Notes under the pieces: model-generated
What the model saw: the letters and a program-made list of their open reading frames with translations, nothing else
Database searches by the model: none
What the model was told of the DNA's origin: nothing
Translations under genes and position numbers: made by a program
Origin: Glaucostegus cemiculus
Lineage: Eukaryota
Direction of reading: 5' to 3'
Assembly: GCA_976551045.1 (NCBI GenBank)
Contig: CDPCPM010000050.1
Span: 12,524,001 to 12,588,000, forward strand
DNA length: 64,000 nt
Shown here: positions 26,301 through 39,750 of the stretch, piece by piece
Layout: every line of letters begins with the position of its first letter
Position numbering within the stretch: the first letter of the stretch is position 1

Positions 26301-26994
26301 TATGTATTGTATTCTCCCATATGCAACATTTAGGGCACTGAGAGACCCATTTGACAAACCTCAGTTTCATTAATTGGGCAGGTTCTAATTCAATAATTAT
26401 TACCAAAGTCTTGTACAGTAATACCTGCTACCTAAAATGTTGCCATAGTAGTTTTTATCATGATAATCAAGGATATCTTTTCATTAATGGTTTTTAACTC
26501 CAATGAAATTATTTCAGATAGCCTCCATAGAATTGCAAGAATTTTAATTGAAGGGGAATTAGAAACTTTGAGATCCCATTTCAAGGACCCATTTAAGTTG
26601 AGCAGTGCTTTGAAGTGTAGCCCAGCAAGTGTTTCCAAACTCGGTATCACTTAGAACCTAGCCACCTGACCTGACGGAGTGTGTCAGGGGTGGGTCAGGT
26701 CTGTGTTCTACATTCAGCTTGGATTGGGCTCTATAGTGCCGTGTCAACCTAGCTGAGAACTTTATCCAAATCAGTTTAATTCCATGTCAGTGCATGGTGG
26801 TAGTATGAGCCAGACACTTGGCCAACGAGTGGACACAGGACTTATCTTGAGATAGAAGGGTTATTTTTAGGTGTTGTTTTCAGGTTTGTCAGTAACAGAG
26901 TATGATGCTGGGTAAGAGAATGAGCAGGTTACTGGGAATTGGGGGCATTAGGTGAGACTCAGATGTTTATAGTGCCGTGGTACTACAGTCACAA

Positions 26995-27240
26995 GATCAC
27001 AAGACAAAGAAGCAGAAATAGGCCATTCAGCCCATTGAGTCTGCTCTGCTATCTCACCATGAGCTAAATTATTCCCACCTAGCCCCAATTTTCGGCTTTT
27101 TCCCCATATCCCTTGATACCTTGACTAATTAGATACCTATCAATCTCCACCTTAAACACCCCCAATGATTGGGCCTGCACAGTTGTATGTGGCAATGAAT
27201 TCTATAAATCCACGACCCTCTGCCAAATAAATTTCTCCAG
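26995..27240 (-). mobile_element. CR1 3' tail
   Basis: cacaagatcacaagac terminal repeats; agcagaaataggccattcagcccattgagtctgctc. Confidence 0.75.
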
Positions 27241-27509
27241 GTCAGAGTGGTGATGAATCACATGGTTAGAATAGACAAGGAACTTCAACCAGGTTTGCAA
27301 TATTTATTTTGTGTGTGATGTAAGATTTGACTCAATGTCATTATACTGGTGTGTTCTTCTTCAAAGGCCTCTGGGTCAGGTAGAGGAAACAATGCAAATA
27401 CTCGGCTCAGTTCAGGTTCACCTTGGTTGAGCTCAGGTCAGGTTTACAGTTTGTATCCAATCACATGTCGTGTCGCTTATTTGAAGTATTCTGCATAATA
27501 TCACTGAAA

Positions 27510-28075
27510 GGCTACAGGATGGAAAGAGGGCTTTCACTCTACTGAGTCTGTTTCAGCTCTGAATCCCACTCCCCTGCCCTCTTCCCCAATGCCCAAAGCC
27601 CCGCGTTCTTTTGGATATGCATCAACCTTCCTCTTGAGTGGAGCAATTTAATCTTCCTCCACCACTGCCATAGGTGAGACATCCATTTATGAGGATGTTA
27701 CCTGGACTGGAGGGCTGGATTTTTTCCCCCTGGAACAACTGAAGTTGACAGGTGACCTTAGAGGTTCATAGGGTCATGTTTCCCAGGGTAGGAGAGTCTA
27801 AAACTAGATGGCATAGGTTTAAGGTGGGGGGCAAAGATTTAAAGGGGATCTAAGGGGCAAGTTGTTTTACACAAAGGGTGGTAAATATAAGGAACAAGTT
27901 GCTAGAGGAAGTTGTGGAGGCAGATACAATTAAGACATTGGGCATGTACGTAGATAAGAAAGGCTTTGAGGGATACGGGCCAAATGCAGGCAAATGGGAT
28001 TAGCTTTGGTAGGTATCTTGATCAGCATGGATGTTTTGGACCGAAGGGCCTGTTTCTATGCCGTATAACTCTGAC
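27510..28075. mobile_element. Back-to-back CR1 3' fragments (minus ~27510-27680; plus ~27690-28075)
   Basis: Plus copy: gggtaggagagtctaaaactagatggcatagg..ggaccgaagggcctgtttctatgccgtataactct. Confidence 0.7.
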
Positions 28076-28589
28076 TCTACCAGGGACAGTGAACTCCCAC
28101 AGAAATAACATGTTGCATTATTGTTTACTATTGTCTAATGAGAGGAAAAGAACATCAAAAGAAAGGATCTGTGCTGCACCGCTATTATTCCTTCAGATGT
28201 GCGTGGGGAAAATATCTTCACATTAACTCATGAAGTCATTTAACCTTTTCATACACTGCTTGATGGTTTATCAGGTGCAGACTGGTGCACTCACTGTCCT
28301 TTCATAAAGTCTCATCCAAACTTTAATGGATCATCTTCCCATCAAATGTCAGGTTACATTCAAAGGATCTTTCCTCTCATATTAAAACACCGTACAATGT
28401 AAAAAATAAAAGGTGAAATTCTTTAATCTGTCACTCAACAGTGCACTTTTCTTTTGCAGCCTGGATAAATCGAGGTCTAGGGCAGGTAACTTGGTTAGTA
28501 AGTTGACGTGGCCTGACCTAGAAAACGGGAGAAAAATCTGGTTGTTTGATTCTATTCATAACACAGTTAATCTGGAATAGTTGAAGGCA

Positions 28590-28985
28590 ATTCTGGTCAC
28601 ACTGCAGGAAAGATGTGATTAAACTAGAGAGAGAACAGGAAAGATTTGCAAGGGTTTTGCCTAGATTGGAGGGATTGAGTTGTAAAGACAGATTGAATAG
28701 TCTGGGCCTGTTTCCCTGGGGCGAAGCAAGATGAGGTATATAAAATTATGAGAAACATAGATTTTTCATGTAGATTCTTCACGCAATGAGTAGATGGTAT
28801 TTGGATGAGGTAGTGGAGGCAGGAACAGTAACAACATCCTAGGCATTTGGATATGTACTTGAGTGAGCAGGGCATAGAGGGACATGGAATTAAAGCAGGC
28901 AAGTGGGATTAGCATAGACTGGCATGATGGTCAGCATAGACACAGTGGGCTGAAGGGCCTGTTTCTGTGCTGTACAACTCTATGA
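28590..28985 (+). mobile_element. Internally deleted CR1 3' fragment
   Basis: ttctggtcacactgcaggaaagatgtg..gggctgaagggcctgtttctgtgctgtacaactctatga. Confidence 0.75.
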
Positions 28986-31299
28986 TTAGTTATAAAAGAT
29001 TGCAGCATTCATTAGGAACATTTCCACAGTTTCATAAGAAAATTAATCGATCCTCATTACCTTTTTCACATTTATGTATTTAATATTTTTCCTTAAGTGT
29101 GTACTTCCCCCTTTAGATTTAAGAAATCAGAATTTTTCATTACATTTTGTTGTCATCAAACTTGGAGATACATTAGTTAGTGTGTCAACGTATTCTTATC
29201 AACTGCAGTTTCTCATTTTGGTTGGATTTATGTAAAATGTTTTCCATGTATACGTGAAATAAGCATAAAAAATAATTCAGGGATGTATTACCTGTGCCCA
29301 AAATGGACATTGTTGTTAGGAAATGGAGACTGTCCATGTGCATTACATACTTTTGTGAGTGTACATGTGTCAATAATGTTCAGTGAACATTAAAAGAATG
29401 AAGTATGGTGGCACTAGTTTAATATATGTAACCTTATTGAGACCATTACAATGATAGGTTTTGATAGACTGAATACATAGAGAATGTTTCCACTTGTGGG
29501 GAAAAGTTTAACTAGCGGCCGTCATTCTAAGATAATCACCATAAAATCCAGTAAGGAATTTGGAGGAAACTCATTTATCCAGAGTGGTCAGAATGTGGAA
29601 CTTACTACCACAGGGAATGGTTGAAGTGAGTAGTATAGGTACATTTAAAGTTGGGAGTTAAATTGGTTAAGACCAGAAATGGCTCTCAACATGATGTGGG
29701 CAATGCCAAGAACATGGATGCAGTGAAGGAGGAAGTTCACTGATTTAAGATGAGGTGCCAAGGTAAATTTAATTTTAAAATGGCATAGCCAGTCAACTAC
29801 ACCAACAGCTTTATTGCTGTTCAAATTTTCTGCACCCTAATTATCCAACCTCCAATGCTCTCAACTAACCATGGCCTCGTATCTAACTTAAAAGATGCCT
29901 TACCTCAACTTCATGCAGTTAACCTTGCACTTACAACTTGTAGGTCGAACAGTGGCAGTGAATCAACCAGGACAGCCAATTCACTCACAAATATTGGGGG
30001 CAGGGAAAAGAATATTCACTGATATCCTTTATTACAGGAGAGGTTGGCACAGTACAACAAACTGCAGCCTTTATCTTCTTATAGACAGTCCTTGGGGATA
30101 ATGATGTCTGCTTCCTTTCCAGTTCTGTGCATTCTGAAATGGCTGAAGATCCTCTGCTGGAAACACATTGCTATCCAGAAGAAGGGCAGAAGGTATTTGA
30201 TGGAGTTTGTGGATAGTTAGGAACATTGCATGTTCCTTCTGCTGTTTCTGTGAGAGAGCTTGTGGTTGGCTGCTTGTTTTGAGACTGCAGTCCAGATGAA
30301 TAGTCTTTTTCCCATTTCCCTCTGCAGATGCTGCCTGACCTGCTGAGTTCCTCCAGCAGTTTGTTTTTTGCTTCAACCTCCAGTGTTCAGAGTCTCTACT
30401 TGTTTTGGAAGCCTGGTGTCAATGTGGCCTGACCATCAGAGCTGGTTGAGTGTTTAGGGATATTGGCCTACAGCAAGATACTAACATTCATTCACTCATC
30501 CTGCTAATGGCTTTGGTCAATCTTGTATAGACACTGTTATTGGTACTTATGCAGTGCTTTGAGTTACCTATTGTAGATTGTCAATGTCTCCAAAGTGCAT
30601 CAGAAGGCAGGAATAATTGCTGTTCCATGAGCTATGAGCTTGGTGTTAGGTTTGAGGTTTTGCTCTTGGAATGCTTTTTCTCACAGCAAACTGGAGATCC
30701 TAGAGACTTTCATTGTTAACATTTGTCTTCACTTACAGGTGACTTCTGAGAAACTGAAATGGATCTACATTTTCCAAGGTGCCTTTGTAATTTTGATTGT
30801 CTGTTGTGTGGCAGGGCAGATTGGTAGAGGTTGCTTGTATTCCAAATGGTTAGTGAAAGACCTATCTTTTTACCCTCTTCAGTGAAGATCTCAAAAAAGA
30901 TCTGAAAACATGCTCATATGCAAGTACCATCTGCACACTGTAATGCCATGGCCAAAATTGGTGTGAGCTGGGCTTTGAAGTGAAGGTTATAAGGGTGAAA
31001 AGTCTAGCTTGACATCAGACTGTACTGGGATTAATTTGTGGTGGACTCGTTGTTTAGCATTGCAGCTTGCAGTTCATTATGTAGCAGGATTTTTCATAAT
31101 CCCTCTTGATGGTGGTCAGTAAAGCCAATGTGCTGTGGTTGTTGCTGCATCCCACATATTTTTCCTGGATTTCAGTGAAGCACTGGAGGATGAACCCTGT
31201 GAAGCAGGCAATGCCAGCAATAATGAGAAGGGGTATCAGTGCATCAGTTTAAAATCCACTTCCATGGAGTTGTTCTGCACTGAAAGCCAATGGTGGATT

Positions 31300-34105
31300 A
31301 CAAAAAAATACTATTAATTTTTCCACCGCAAACTTCAAATAATGGCAGATGAGCCAGAGCACAATTGATCAACATCATGCCAACATCTAAATTAGGAGTC
31401 ATAGGGGGACACTTAGCCGCTGAGCCTGCTCCCATATGCAATAAGGAAATGGCTGATTTGACTGTAACCTCGTCCACATTCCTGTCTATATACAGTAACT
31501 TTTCACCCCTGTTTGTGCAGTGTCTAATTACCTCTACTGCCACCATCCACTGAGGAAGCAAATTTCAAAGACAGATGACCCCTTAAGAGGAGGTAAAAGT
31601 ATTTTCTGTGTCCCAGATGGGCAATCTCTTATTTTTAAACAGTAATCCTCTGTAGATTATCTCATATGAAGAAGCACTCTCTTCCTATCCTTTCTGCCAA
31701 GATTATTCAGGTATTAATATGTTTTAATCGGGTTCCCTCTCCCAAACTTCAGTGGGTGCAAACCTGGCCAGTTCAACCTTTCCTCATTCATTCCAGGTAT
31801 CAGTCTATTAAACCACCTTTGAACTGCTTCCAGTGCATTTACATTCATCCTTAAATGAGTAGACTATTACTGTACACAGTATCCCAGTTTGATCATGCCA
31901 ATGCTCTCTTGCTGAAGCATAACTGAAGCAGACCTTTGTGTTCAATTCCCCTTCACAAACAATAACATTGGTAACTTAATTATTTGCTGTACTTGCAATC
32001 TAGCCTTTTGCAGATCAATCATTAGAACATCCAGATCCTCTGTCTCTCACCATTTAGGTAATACTTCCTATTTGTTGCCAAAGTGGACAATTTCACTTTT
32101 CCCATATTATACTCCATTTGCTTGATCAAGTTCAACATAGTATTTGCAGAGAAGAAGTGTACAACAGTTACTACAACTCTAGATATTGCTGAGGCTGACT
32201 TTCATGCTGTGACATGGAGACTGTCTGCAATAAAATGTGAAATCTGTTAGTGGATAAAATAACATAAGATTAGTGTGGGTTGCTTAAAAGATTTATGATA
32301 TAGAATCTATTTAAATGTCAAAGGGGCAAGAGGACCACTTGCTAGCAAAGATACTTATGGATGACTAAAATGGTAAAAGACAAAGTGAAAAGGAAAAAAA
32401 AGTACAAAAAGATAAGAATGTTGTCAAATACTGGAGTTGCAGAAAACAAAAGATGACAAAATAGATGGTAAGAGCTACAAAAAAAGCATGAGAAGAAAGT
32501 TACAAGAGATGAAAAATCAACAACTGTTTTGTAATTATTTTAGAAAAAGACAGTGGTTAGAATGAACATGGGCTCCATTCCAGGGAAACTAATATTGAAT
32601 TGGGGATGGACTCGCCAAAATTAAAGTGAACAAAATAACAGTTGTGTGAAAAATAATGGCACTGAAGTGTGACAAATTCCTAGAACCAAATAGTTTTCAT
32701 CTCTGGATAGAGTTTTAAAAGATATAAATGAGAACATTACATGTGGGCTATCTATAATTTGAAAAAGTTCTCTTGATTTGCTCATCATTCCCTTAGATTA
32801 GAAAATTTTGCATGTCACTGTGCTGTTTAAGAAAACTTGGTAAGAGTAATCAAAATTATTGAGTATTTTGCAGCCATCAATTTTCAGAAATTACTGGGTT
32901 ATAGTGATTAAACACATTGCATTTACAGCTTATCAGAGAGAATCTGTCAGAATTTGTAAAGGGTAGTTCAAGCTTGAAGCCGATTGAAATTTTTGAAGAG
33001 ATGACCTAAATTGCAAGCAGTGAAATGCCTACTGATATTACTTAAACAGCCTTTCAGAAGTCGTTTGAGAAAGTCTCTCATGAGACTTTTACTCATGTTG
33101 AAGCTTATGGAATTGAAGGTGCAGATTAACCTGGTTAGGAAATAGGCAGATTGTCAGAGTGAATTAATGGATAGGTACTCAAATTGCCAGGATGTGACTA
33201 GTGGCATCCCACAATGATCTGTGTTTTAGTACAATTGTTCATCATGTTTATAAGCAACTTGGAAGCAGGGATAGAAAACTATATATTAGTTCTACCAATG
33301 ACACACATATATGTGACATAGCCTGTGCTAACAGTAACATTACATTACGCAAGACATTAATAAATCAAGCAAATGTCCATTGTGGCAAAGGAATTGCATT
33401 GTTGGCAAATGTGAAGTAATTAACTCTGGATTTGAAAAGTTCTTAGTTCTGCCCTTTCTTAAAAGTACTTGAGGTCAGAAGATACTTACAGAGATGTATA
33501 CTTACATCATTAACGTGTCAGGGATTTGCATAGAAACAAGTCATAAATGCTAATTAGATATTGGCTTTAATAGCTGGAGAACCACAATACAAGTTACATG
33601 ACAACAGTGCAAATGACAGGTTGGTATTGGAAGAGTGCGAGTATGACAGGGCAACACTGAATAGAAAGGATATATTGTCCTTGGAGGGAATATAGTGTGG
33701 ATGTACCAGAATGATTGCTGGATATTGAAGTTTAAATTACAAAGTCAAATTGTGCAAATTAGGGTTGTACATCCTTGTATTAAACCAAAGGAGATATCAA
33801 GAGGAATGATAAAGCTTCTCCTTTCCAGACTCTTTTTTTGCTGGTTATGGAGCTCATGTCTAGAGGCTATTATTTAAATTTTAGAACCAGCTTTTTTGGA
33901 AAGCAAGTTAGGAAACACTTCTACACCCATGTTTGACAAGGGCAATTGAAATTAGTAAATTTAAACCTTAATTTAACATTTAACAAAAAAATCTACCAAT
34001 AATATTAAGGGATAAGGAATTAGGCCATAGATCAGCTATGATCTCACTGAGTGGTAGAAGAAATGGAAGGGTTAAGCAGTCAACACAGGTTCTTGTATTC
34101 CTAAC
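31300..34105. mobile_element. Very old CR1 remnants (minus ~31300-32130; plus ~32150-34105)
   Basis: Scattered RT motifs (gtgactagtggcatcccaca; gaaatttttgaagagatgac) and 3' tails (agatcagctatgatctcactgagtgg). Boundaries approximate. Confidence 0.6.
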
Positions 34106-34529
34106 CATGGGAAAGAATTAATTCTGGTATAAAGATGGAAAAGCTGCTTGGCACTATTCCCAACATATACATTGCTGTGAATGTGCAGACGTTTATAGAG
34201 TAAACTGAAACAAAAATGAAACATGCCTTGAGGGAAAATGGTGAAACATGTAATTGATTGCACAAATCAGGGATTACATTTTGTAGCTTGTGAATGCTGT
34301 AAACTTCACATTCCACTGCTTTCTTTCCATATTTCACTTGCATGAAAGGTGAGAGAAGAACTTGTGCTTAAACAATTCATTTTTAAAAACGCTAGGTTGT
34401 AATGTAAGTTAATATTTCCCATTGCATAATTTAAATTTTGAATGAGAAAAATTGGAATCTTGCAAATTTCCTCAAAGAGCAGAGATTCCCCGGTTCCAAG
34501 TTCTCTTCCTAAAATTTATGGAGTTGTAG

Positions 34530-34872
34530 AGATAAAGCCAAGAAATGAGTCCGTTAGCCCACTGGGTCCATGCCAGTCATCAGTCACCCACTTACTCCAA
34601 TCCTACATTAATCTCAATTTTTATTCTCCCTATATTGTCACCAATGTGCTTCCCACTACCCCCCTCATTCTATAAACAAGGGGTGATTTACAGTGGCCAA
34701 TTAATCTGCCAACCTGTATGTCTTTAAGACGTGGGACGAAACTGGAGTATCCTGATGAAAATCCGTGCGGTCACGGAGAACATGCAACCTCCATGCAGAC
34801 AGCACCCAGTGTTAGGAGTGCACCTGGGTCTCTGGTGCAGTTTGGCAGCAGCTCCATTAGTAACTTTGCCGT
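34530..34872 (-). mobile_element. V-SINE-like element
   Basis: Antisense V-core (gtgggacgaaactggagtatcctg..ggtcacggagaacatgcaacctccatgcagacagc) and tRNA-like head. Confidence 0.8.
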
Positions 34873-34899
34873 TCATTGTCGTCATTCCTGTCACAAGCA

Positions 34900-35285
34900 T
34901 ACAAAGTTTAACAACCCCACCCCATGCTTCTCTTTTTCCCTTTCCTAGCCCTTTTTTCCCTCTCTTCTTACCTTTTACCCATCCCCTGGTGGATCTGCTC
35001 TCCCCTCCGCTGCACCTGCCTATCACCATCTCTTACCTGCATCTACCTATCACCTTCCTGTGTCGACCCCGCCTCCCCTCTTTTGACCACCTATCACTGC
35101 TCTGTTTTTCCCTCCTATATACTGGGCTTCCCCTTTTCCTATCTTCAGGACTGAAGAAGGGTCCTGATCCGAAACGTTAGCCGCCTGCTTTTCTCCATGG
35201 ACGCTGCCTGGCCTGCTGAGTTCCTCCAGCATCATTGTGTTTTTCATCTAGATCCCAGCATCTGCAGTCCTTTGTTTCTCTAAAG
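34900..35285 (+). mobile_element. Penelope-like 3' UTR/pseudo-LTR with CT-rich stretch and hammerhead motif
   Basis: Pyrimidine-rich tract, then ctgaagaagggtcctgatccgaaacgtt..gctgcctggcctgctgagttcctccagc..cagcatctgcagtcc. Decayed copies at ~30300, 36115, 36590, 41615 (-), 57400 and 59020. Confidence 0.7.
35146..35187 (+). ncRNA. Minimal type-I hammerhead ribozyme-like motif
   Basis: CUGAAGA (35151-35157), helix II GGGUC/GAUCC, GAAA (35171-35174), palindromic AACGUU core end. Helix I appears eroded. Confidence 0.55.
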
Positions 35286-36831
35286 TTTAATAATGAGCGC
35301 ATCTCCAGCAACATTCAAAAATCTCAGTGTCATCTAGGATGAAACAGTTTGCCTAACTGGCTCCCCTTTCATTACCCTGAGCATTCATTTCCTCTTTTTG
35401 TGGCTACAGTGTGTGCTATAAACAAAATGCACTGAAGTTACTTGCAAAGGCTCTTCCAACAGAACCTCCAAAACTCACCACTGCAATCACCAAGAATGCA
35501 AAGGACAGCAGGGATGGGGAAACACCACCACCTGCAGGTTCCTCTCTGTTGCACACCATCCTGACTTGGATATATGTTTCTATTCCTTCATTTTTACTCA
35601 TCTAAATCTTGAGTATTATGGGAAAAACTTCACCTGAAGGACCTCAGCAATTCCAGAAGGCAGTTTACCACTATCATCCCAATAGCAATAAGGAATAAGA
35701 ATTAAATGCTGGCCTTCCTAAGGATACTTGCAGGGTGAAAAATGAACTTTGGAAAAAGTCCTGGACAATATGCAGTTCTCTCCTTGTAATCTCTTTCCCT
35801 CTATCTTGCTCAGTTATTCACCTTTAATGTAGAGGAATGGATAAGCTCTGTCCACTATTATACACAGCCTGATAATGTCCAATCTACTCTTTCCATTCAC
35901 TTCCCCTCAACACTGGCCAAGATTGGGAATCAAGTTGAGTGGGATATTAAACCTACATTCTCTCTCTATATAATGTGTTAGTCTCATAATATGACATTAT
36001 TTTGTGATCTAGAAAAATAGGAAGTCAGCAGTGTGGCAAAAAATAGGTTATATTTTTGAAGAAAAATGAAAAGGCTTGCATTTTTTTTGTTGCATCTTTC
36101 TTGATCTTTGGCTGTCTCAACTTGAAACACCAATGTTTCTTTCCTCCTACAGATGTTGCTTGACCTGAGTTCCTCCAGCAGATTGTTTGTTGCTCAAGCA
36201 TTTTGGAATGTTCAGTGAAGTTCATTTGAAGTTTGGTCACTATGCTAAATAAGAAATGGGACAGACAATTTAAATAAAACAAACTTCCACAAATAATGCA
36301 GTAACCATGAGATAATCAGTTCTTTCAGTGATAAAACAGAGGGATAATATGGGATCTTCTATACATCTTCCTGATGGGATAGACAGCAACTGTATTAAGT
36401 ATACCATCCAAAAGAAGACTCCCCAACAATGGAACACTCCCTCAATGATACATTGGAGTATCAGTTTACATTCTTTTGGCATGCCTTTGGAGTGGCAGTT
36501 GAAAAATTCTGCAAGAGTACTGCAATGGAGCCGGGGTGATCCTTTTAAATGGCAAAGTGACCCAATGAAAGTTATTTGGTTTGAAATGTTATCTAGGTTT
36601 TCTTTCCATGGAGACATTCTGACCTGCTGAGTATTTTCAGCATTTTATTGTACGTGAAGCTTATACCGTTGATAACTGCGTGTGTTGTTTTCTTTTGTTT
36701 TGATTTCATTGTCATTTACCTGTTATATTCAATTACATTGTTTGCAGTTGTTACTGTGTAAGTGTAGAGGTACTGCTCTAGAAAGATACTTTATCACTGA
36801 ATACTGATTTCTTCTAATCAAACACTTACAG

Positions 36832-36991
36832 AATTGAGTACATGGAGAAAAGTAAACATCTCCAAGATCAATTAAATGAACTGAAGACTGAAATTGAAGC
36901 ACTAAGGCTAAAAGAACGGGATACTCTTTTGGATGTCATACACAATGAGAATATGGATACAGAGAAAAACAAGTGCAATACTTTGCAAAAG
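36832..36991 (+). pseudogene. NF2: NF2-like exon 15 (160 nt): [53 protein letters not shown]
   Basis: Near-identical to human [29 protein letters not shown] over the first 29 aa. Acceptor tacAG and donor GTATAA intact; frame open. Confidence 0.95.
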
Positions 36992-39410
36992 GTATAAATT
37001 GAACTTTTTTCCCCCTTATAACATTACACAATTGAGAGGCCACTGAAGGCACAATTCAATTTCTTTGCTAGTGTTTTCTGTGCAGTACATCTTTCTAAGG
37101 TTGCGGCAGAATCTGTGATGGCATGTGTCATGAATGAATTAACATACCATTACTTCCATCCATGCATAATCCCTTATGGTGGCTTTAAGAGTACCAAAAC
37201 AATCGTTTAAACACTGCTGGTTTGAAGATCGATTCCAAAAAATTTGGCTGTAAGGTTACTGATGTGATCTGGGTACTGAGTATAAAAAGAGGGATATCTT
37301 CTAATTGTGTTGACGTGTGGTTAAGACCATGGAGAAAGAGGTTAGCAAAGTCTGTCAAATTGGCTGCTTGCTGATATTCTCCACAATCACTGTTGCCTTC
37401 ATAAAGCAAACATAAAATTTATTGATAGCTGCATTTTGCACCTTGATACAGTAATGCTTGCAAAATCATCAAAGGTTTAACTTCTGTACTTCAAATTGCC
37501 AGTTTATATCAGTTTCTTCTGTCAAAAGGATTCCTTTCCAGATTGTTCTACTAATTTTATCACGAGTTAAAGTTACAAACATAATTTTGTCATGTTAATT
37601 TTACTGTAGAAATGGTAAAGAAGTCATTGCACAAACTTTTTCAGACACATAATCAAAACACTACCAATTTGAGAAAGCAGCTTATTTAGCATTATATTTG
37701 ATGAATTAGTGATGCCGTGATTATTGAGAACACAAATCAATGCTGTGTCATAAAAGGAGGAGTGCTTGCAGGGAGTAAGTTAATGATTAATTATCAATGA
37801 GAATTCCCAATATATAATTTTTGGATCTTTGCAGAAATTAGTGGGTGAAAAGTATACTATAATTGTATTTTCCATAAAGCAAAAGTGGAAAGTCCTCTGA
37901 ACATTTACCAGTTGCACTGTGATATTGTAAAGGATCATCAGTGGTTTGAATTTACTGTAGCTTAACTTAGTATTTTAAATTACTAATTCTGTTATAATTC
38001 CAAACAGAAATCTTGATTTCTTGTTTCGTATGTTACCAGAACATGGTCAGGATATTTCATTAACAAAATAGAGAGGTCTTTGAACTAGCCATTGCTGGTG
38101 TTGTCATAACACTAGTTGTGCAATTGTCCTGTCATTTTGTTTTATTTTGACATAGCTTCAAGGTTGTTCCAGTGCACGTCCAAATACAAAAGCATTTTAC
38201 ATTATCATATTGCTAAACCAGTTGTACAGTGAATTCAGGCCAATAGCTGTGTTGGTGAATTTATTATTCATCAACCCAAGTGAAGAACTATGGTCTTTAA
38301 TGCAGGGTATCACCAATGATTTAAAAAAAATGTAAAGTATAACTTTTGGTGCAGCATTTGGGGGAATGATTTATATCAGAGAATGCAAATATTGCAACCT
38401 ACCCATTTATTTTGCTATTTTTCTTCAGCATATAGGTTTTTCACAACCATGTCTGACCAAGTGATAAAAACCAACAGATGGATAAAGGGTAATTTTACAA
38501 AATCATGCTTCCAGCAGAGCTTCCCCTGCTAGCATTACGTACTGGGAACTTGCAGGTGCACTCACTTTGTTTTTTGAAAAATTAATTGTTGAATACAATG
38601 TGAGCCATGCACCATTCCCAATATGTGCTCTTAGCAGTTTAGTCTCTGCTGGATAATTGTCCAGTTTTCCTTGTGTCAGGGCAGCAATAAGTCCTTGCCA
38701 ACTAAAAAGGCAGTGAAAATGCATCCAACAAAGCTAAGCCTGTAGTATCCCTTTCCATGAATCTTTTAAAGAGGCACAATATGCAAGGCTGCTTTATGTT
38801 AAAGAAACGGCAAGTGCTGCGATTAAACATAAATGTTTTTTTTCTGCAGGTCAACTATATAATCAGTATTGATTCAAAGTAGAAAGATCTTTGTGGTGTT
38901 ATGTGTTTTGCATGTTGACATCTTGACTTTCAAATGTACCAAATGTTTTTTAATATGTTGTGAACAAACCTCCCAAATCTAACAAAATAATTGAAATTCA
39001 AAGATATGTAAGCAGTAAAGTTTGATTTTGGATACATCTAAAATAGGTATTTACATGATTTGGTAACTTCCTAGTTAAAGTCTATTGGGCATTTTATAGC
39101 AGTTGCCATATTGTTATGTAACCACAGAACAGGACCTTAAACATTCTGATACAGTAGATGGTGAAAGGTCATTGATCTTTTGTGACTGTTTATGGAAGAT
39201 TATGACAAAATATGAATTAATATAATCCAAGTCTCAGGCACTTCAGGTGCTGAGGTAGGACACTATGGCCTTCTGCTCGGGCACTCAAGTACTCCAGACA
39301 AAGTTTGCAATGAGACTCTATTTAATCTTTGGTTTCCAACTGCCATCTCATGGCACCCATTTCCCTAAAACATAAAGCCCTTATATAAAATAAAATCACT
39401 CAGTTATTAG

Positions 39411-39750
39411 GGCCTGCGGGGCCGGAGGTGGTCTGACTGCGGTGCCGGAGGTGGTCATCGGATCGGACTGTGGGGCCGGAGGTGGTTGTTGGACTGTGGG
39501 CTGTTGGAGGTTGTAGGACTGCGGGGGCTGGAGGTGGTCATCGGTGTGGGGTGAGGCTGGGACTGGGAGATGTAATGTTGAGGTTCTGGGAGACGTGTTG
39601 TACCAGCAGACCGAAGTCCATGCGGCTCCAATGTTTTGATCTTTTTGTCCTGTTGTCTTTTATTGTTTTTAATGTCTTTTGCACATTGGCCTGTGGAGTA
39701 CGATATCTCGCCTTCATGTATACATGAAAGTGACAATATTCTGATTCTGA
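39411..39750 (+). mobile_element. 5'-truncated copy of the GC-rich VNTR retroposon family, ending (TTCTGA)2
   Basis: ggccggaggtggtc/ggactgtggg repeats and tgtcttttgcacat are shared with the reverse complement of 48770-48960; tail gtgacaatattctgattctga. Confidence 0.75.

Noticed and set aside
34724-35247. Cluster of Pro/Leu/Ser-rich ORFs up to 149 aa
   Set aside because: They span an antisense SINE and a CT-rich Penelope 3' UTR; low-complexity artefact.
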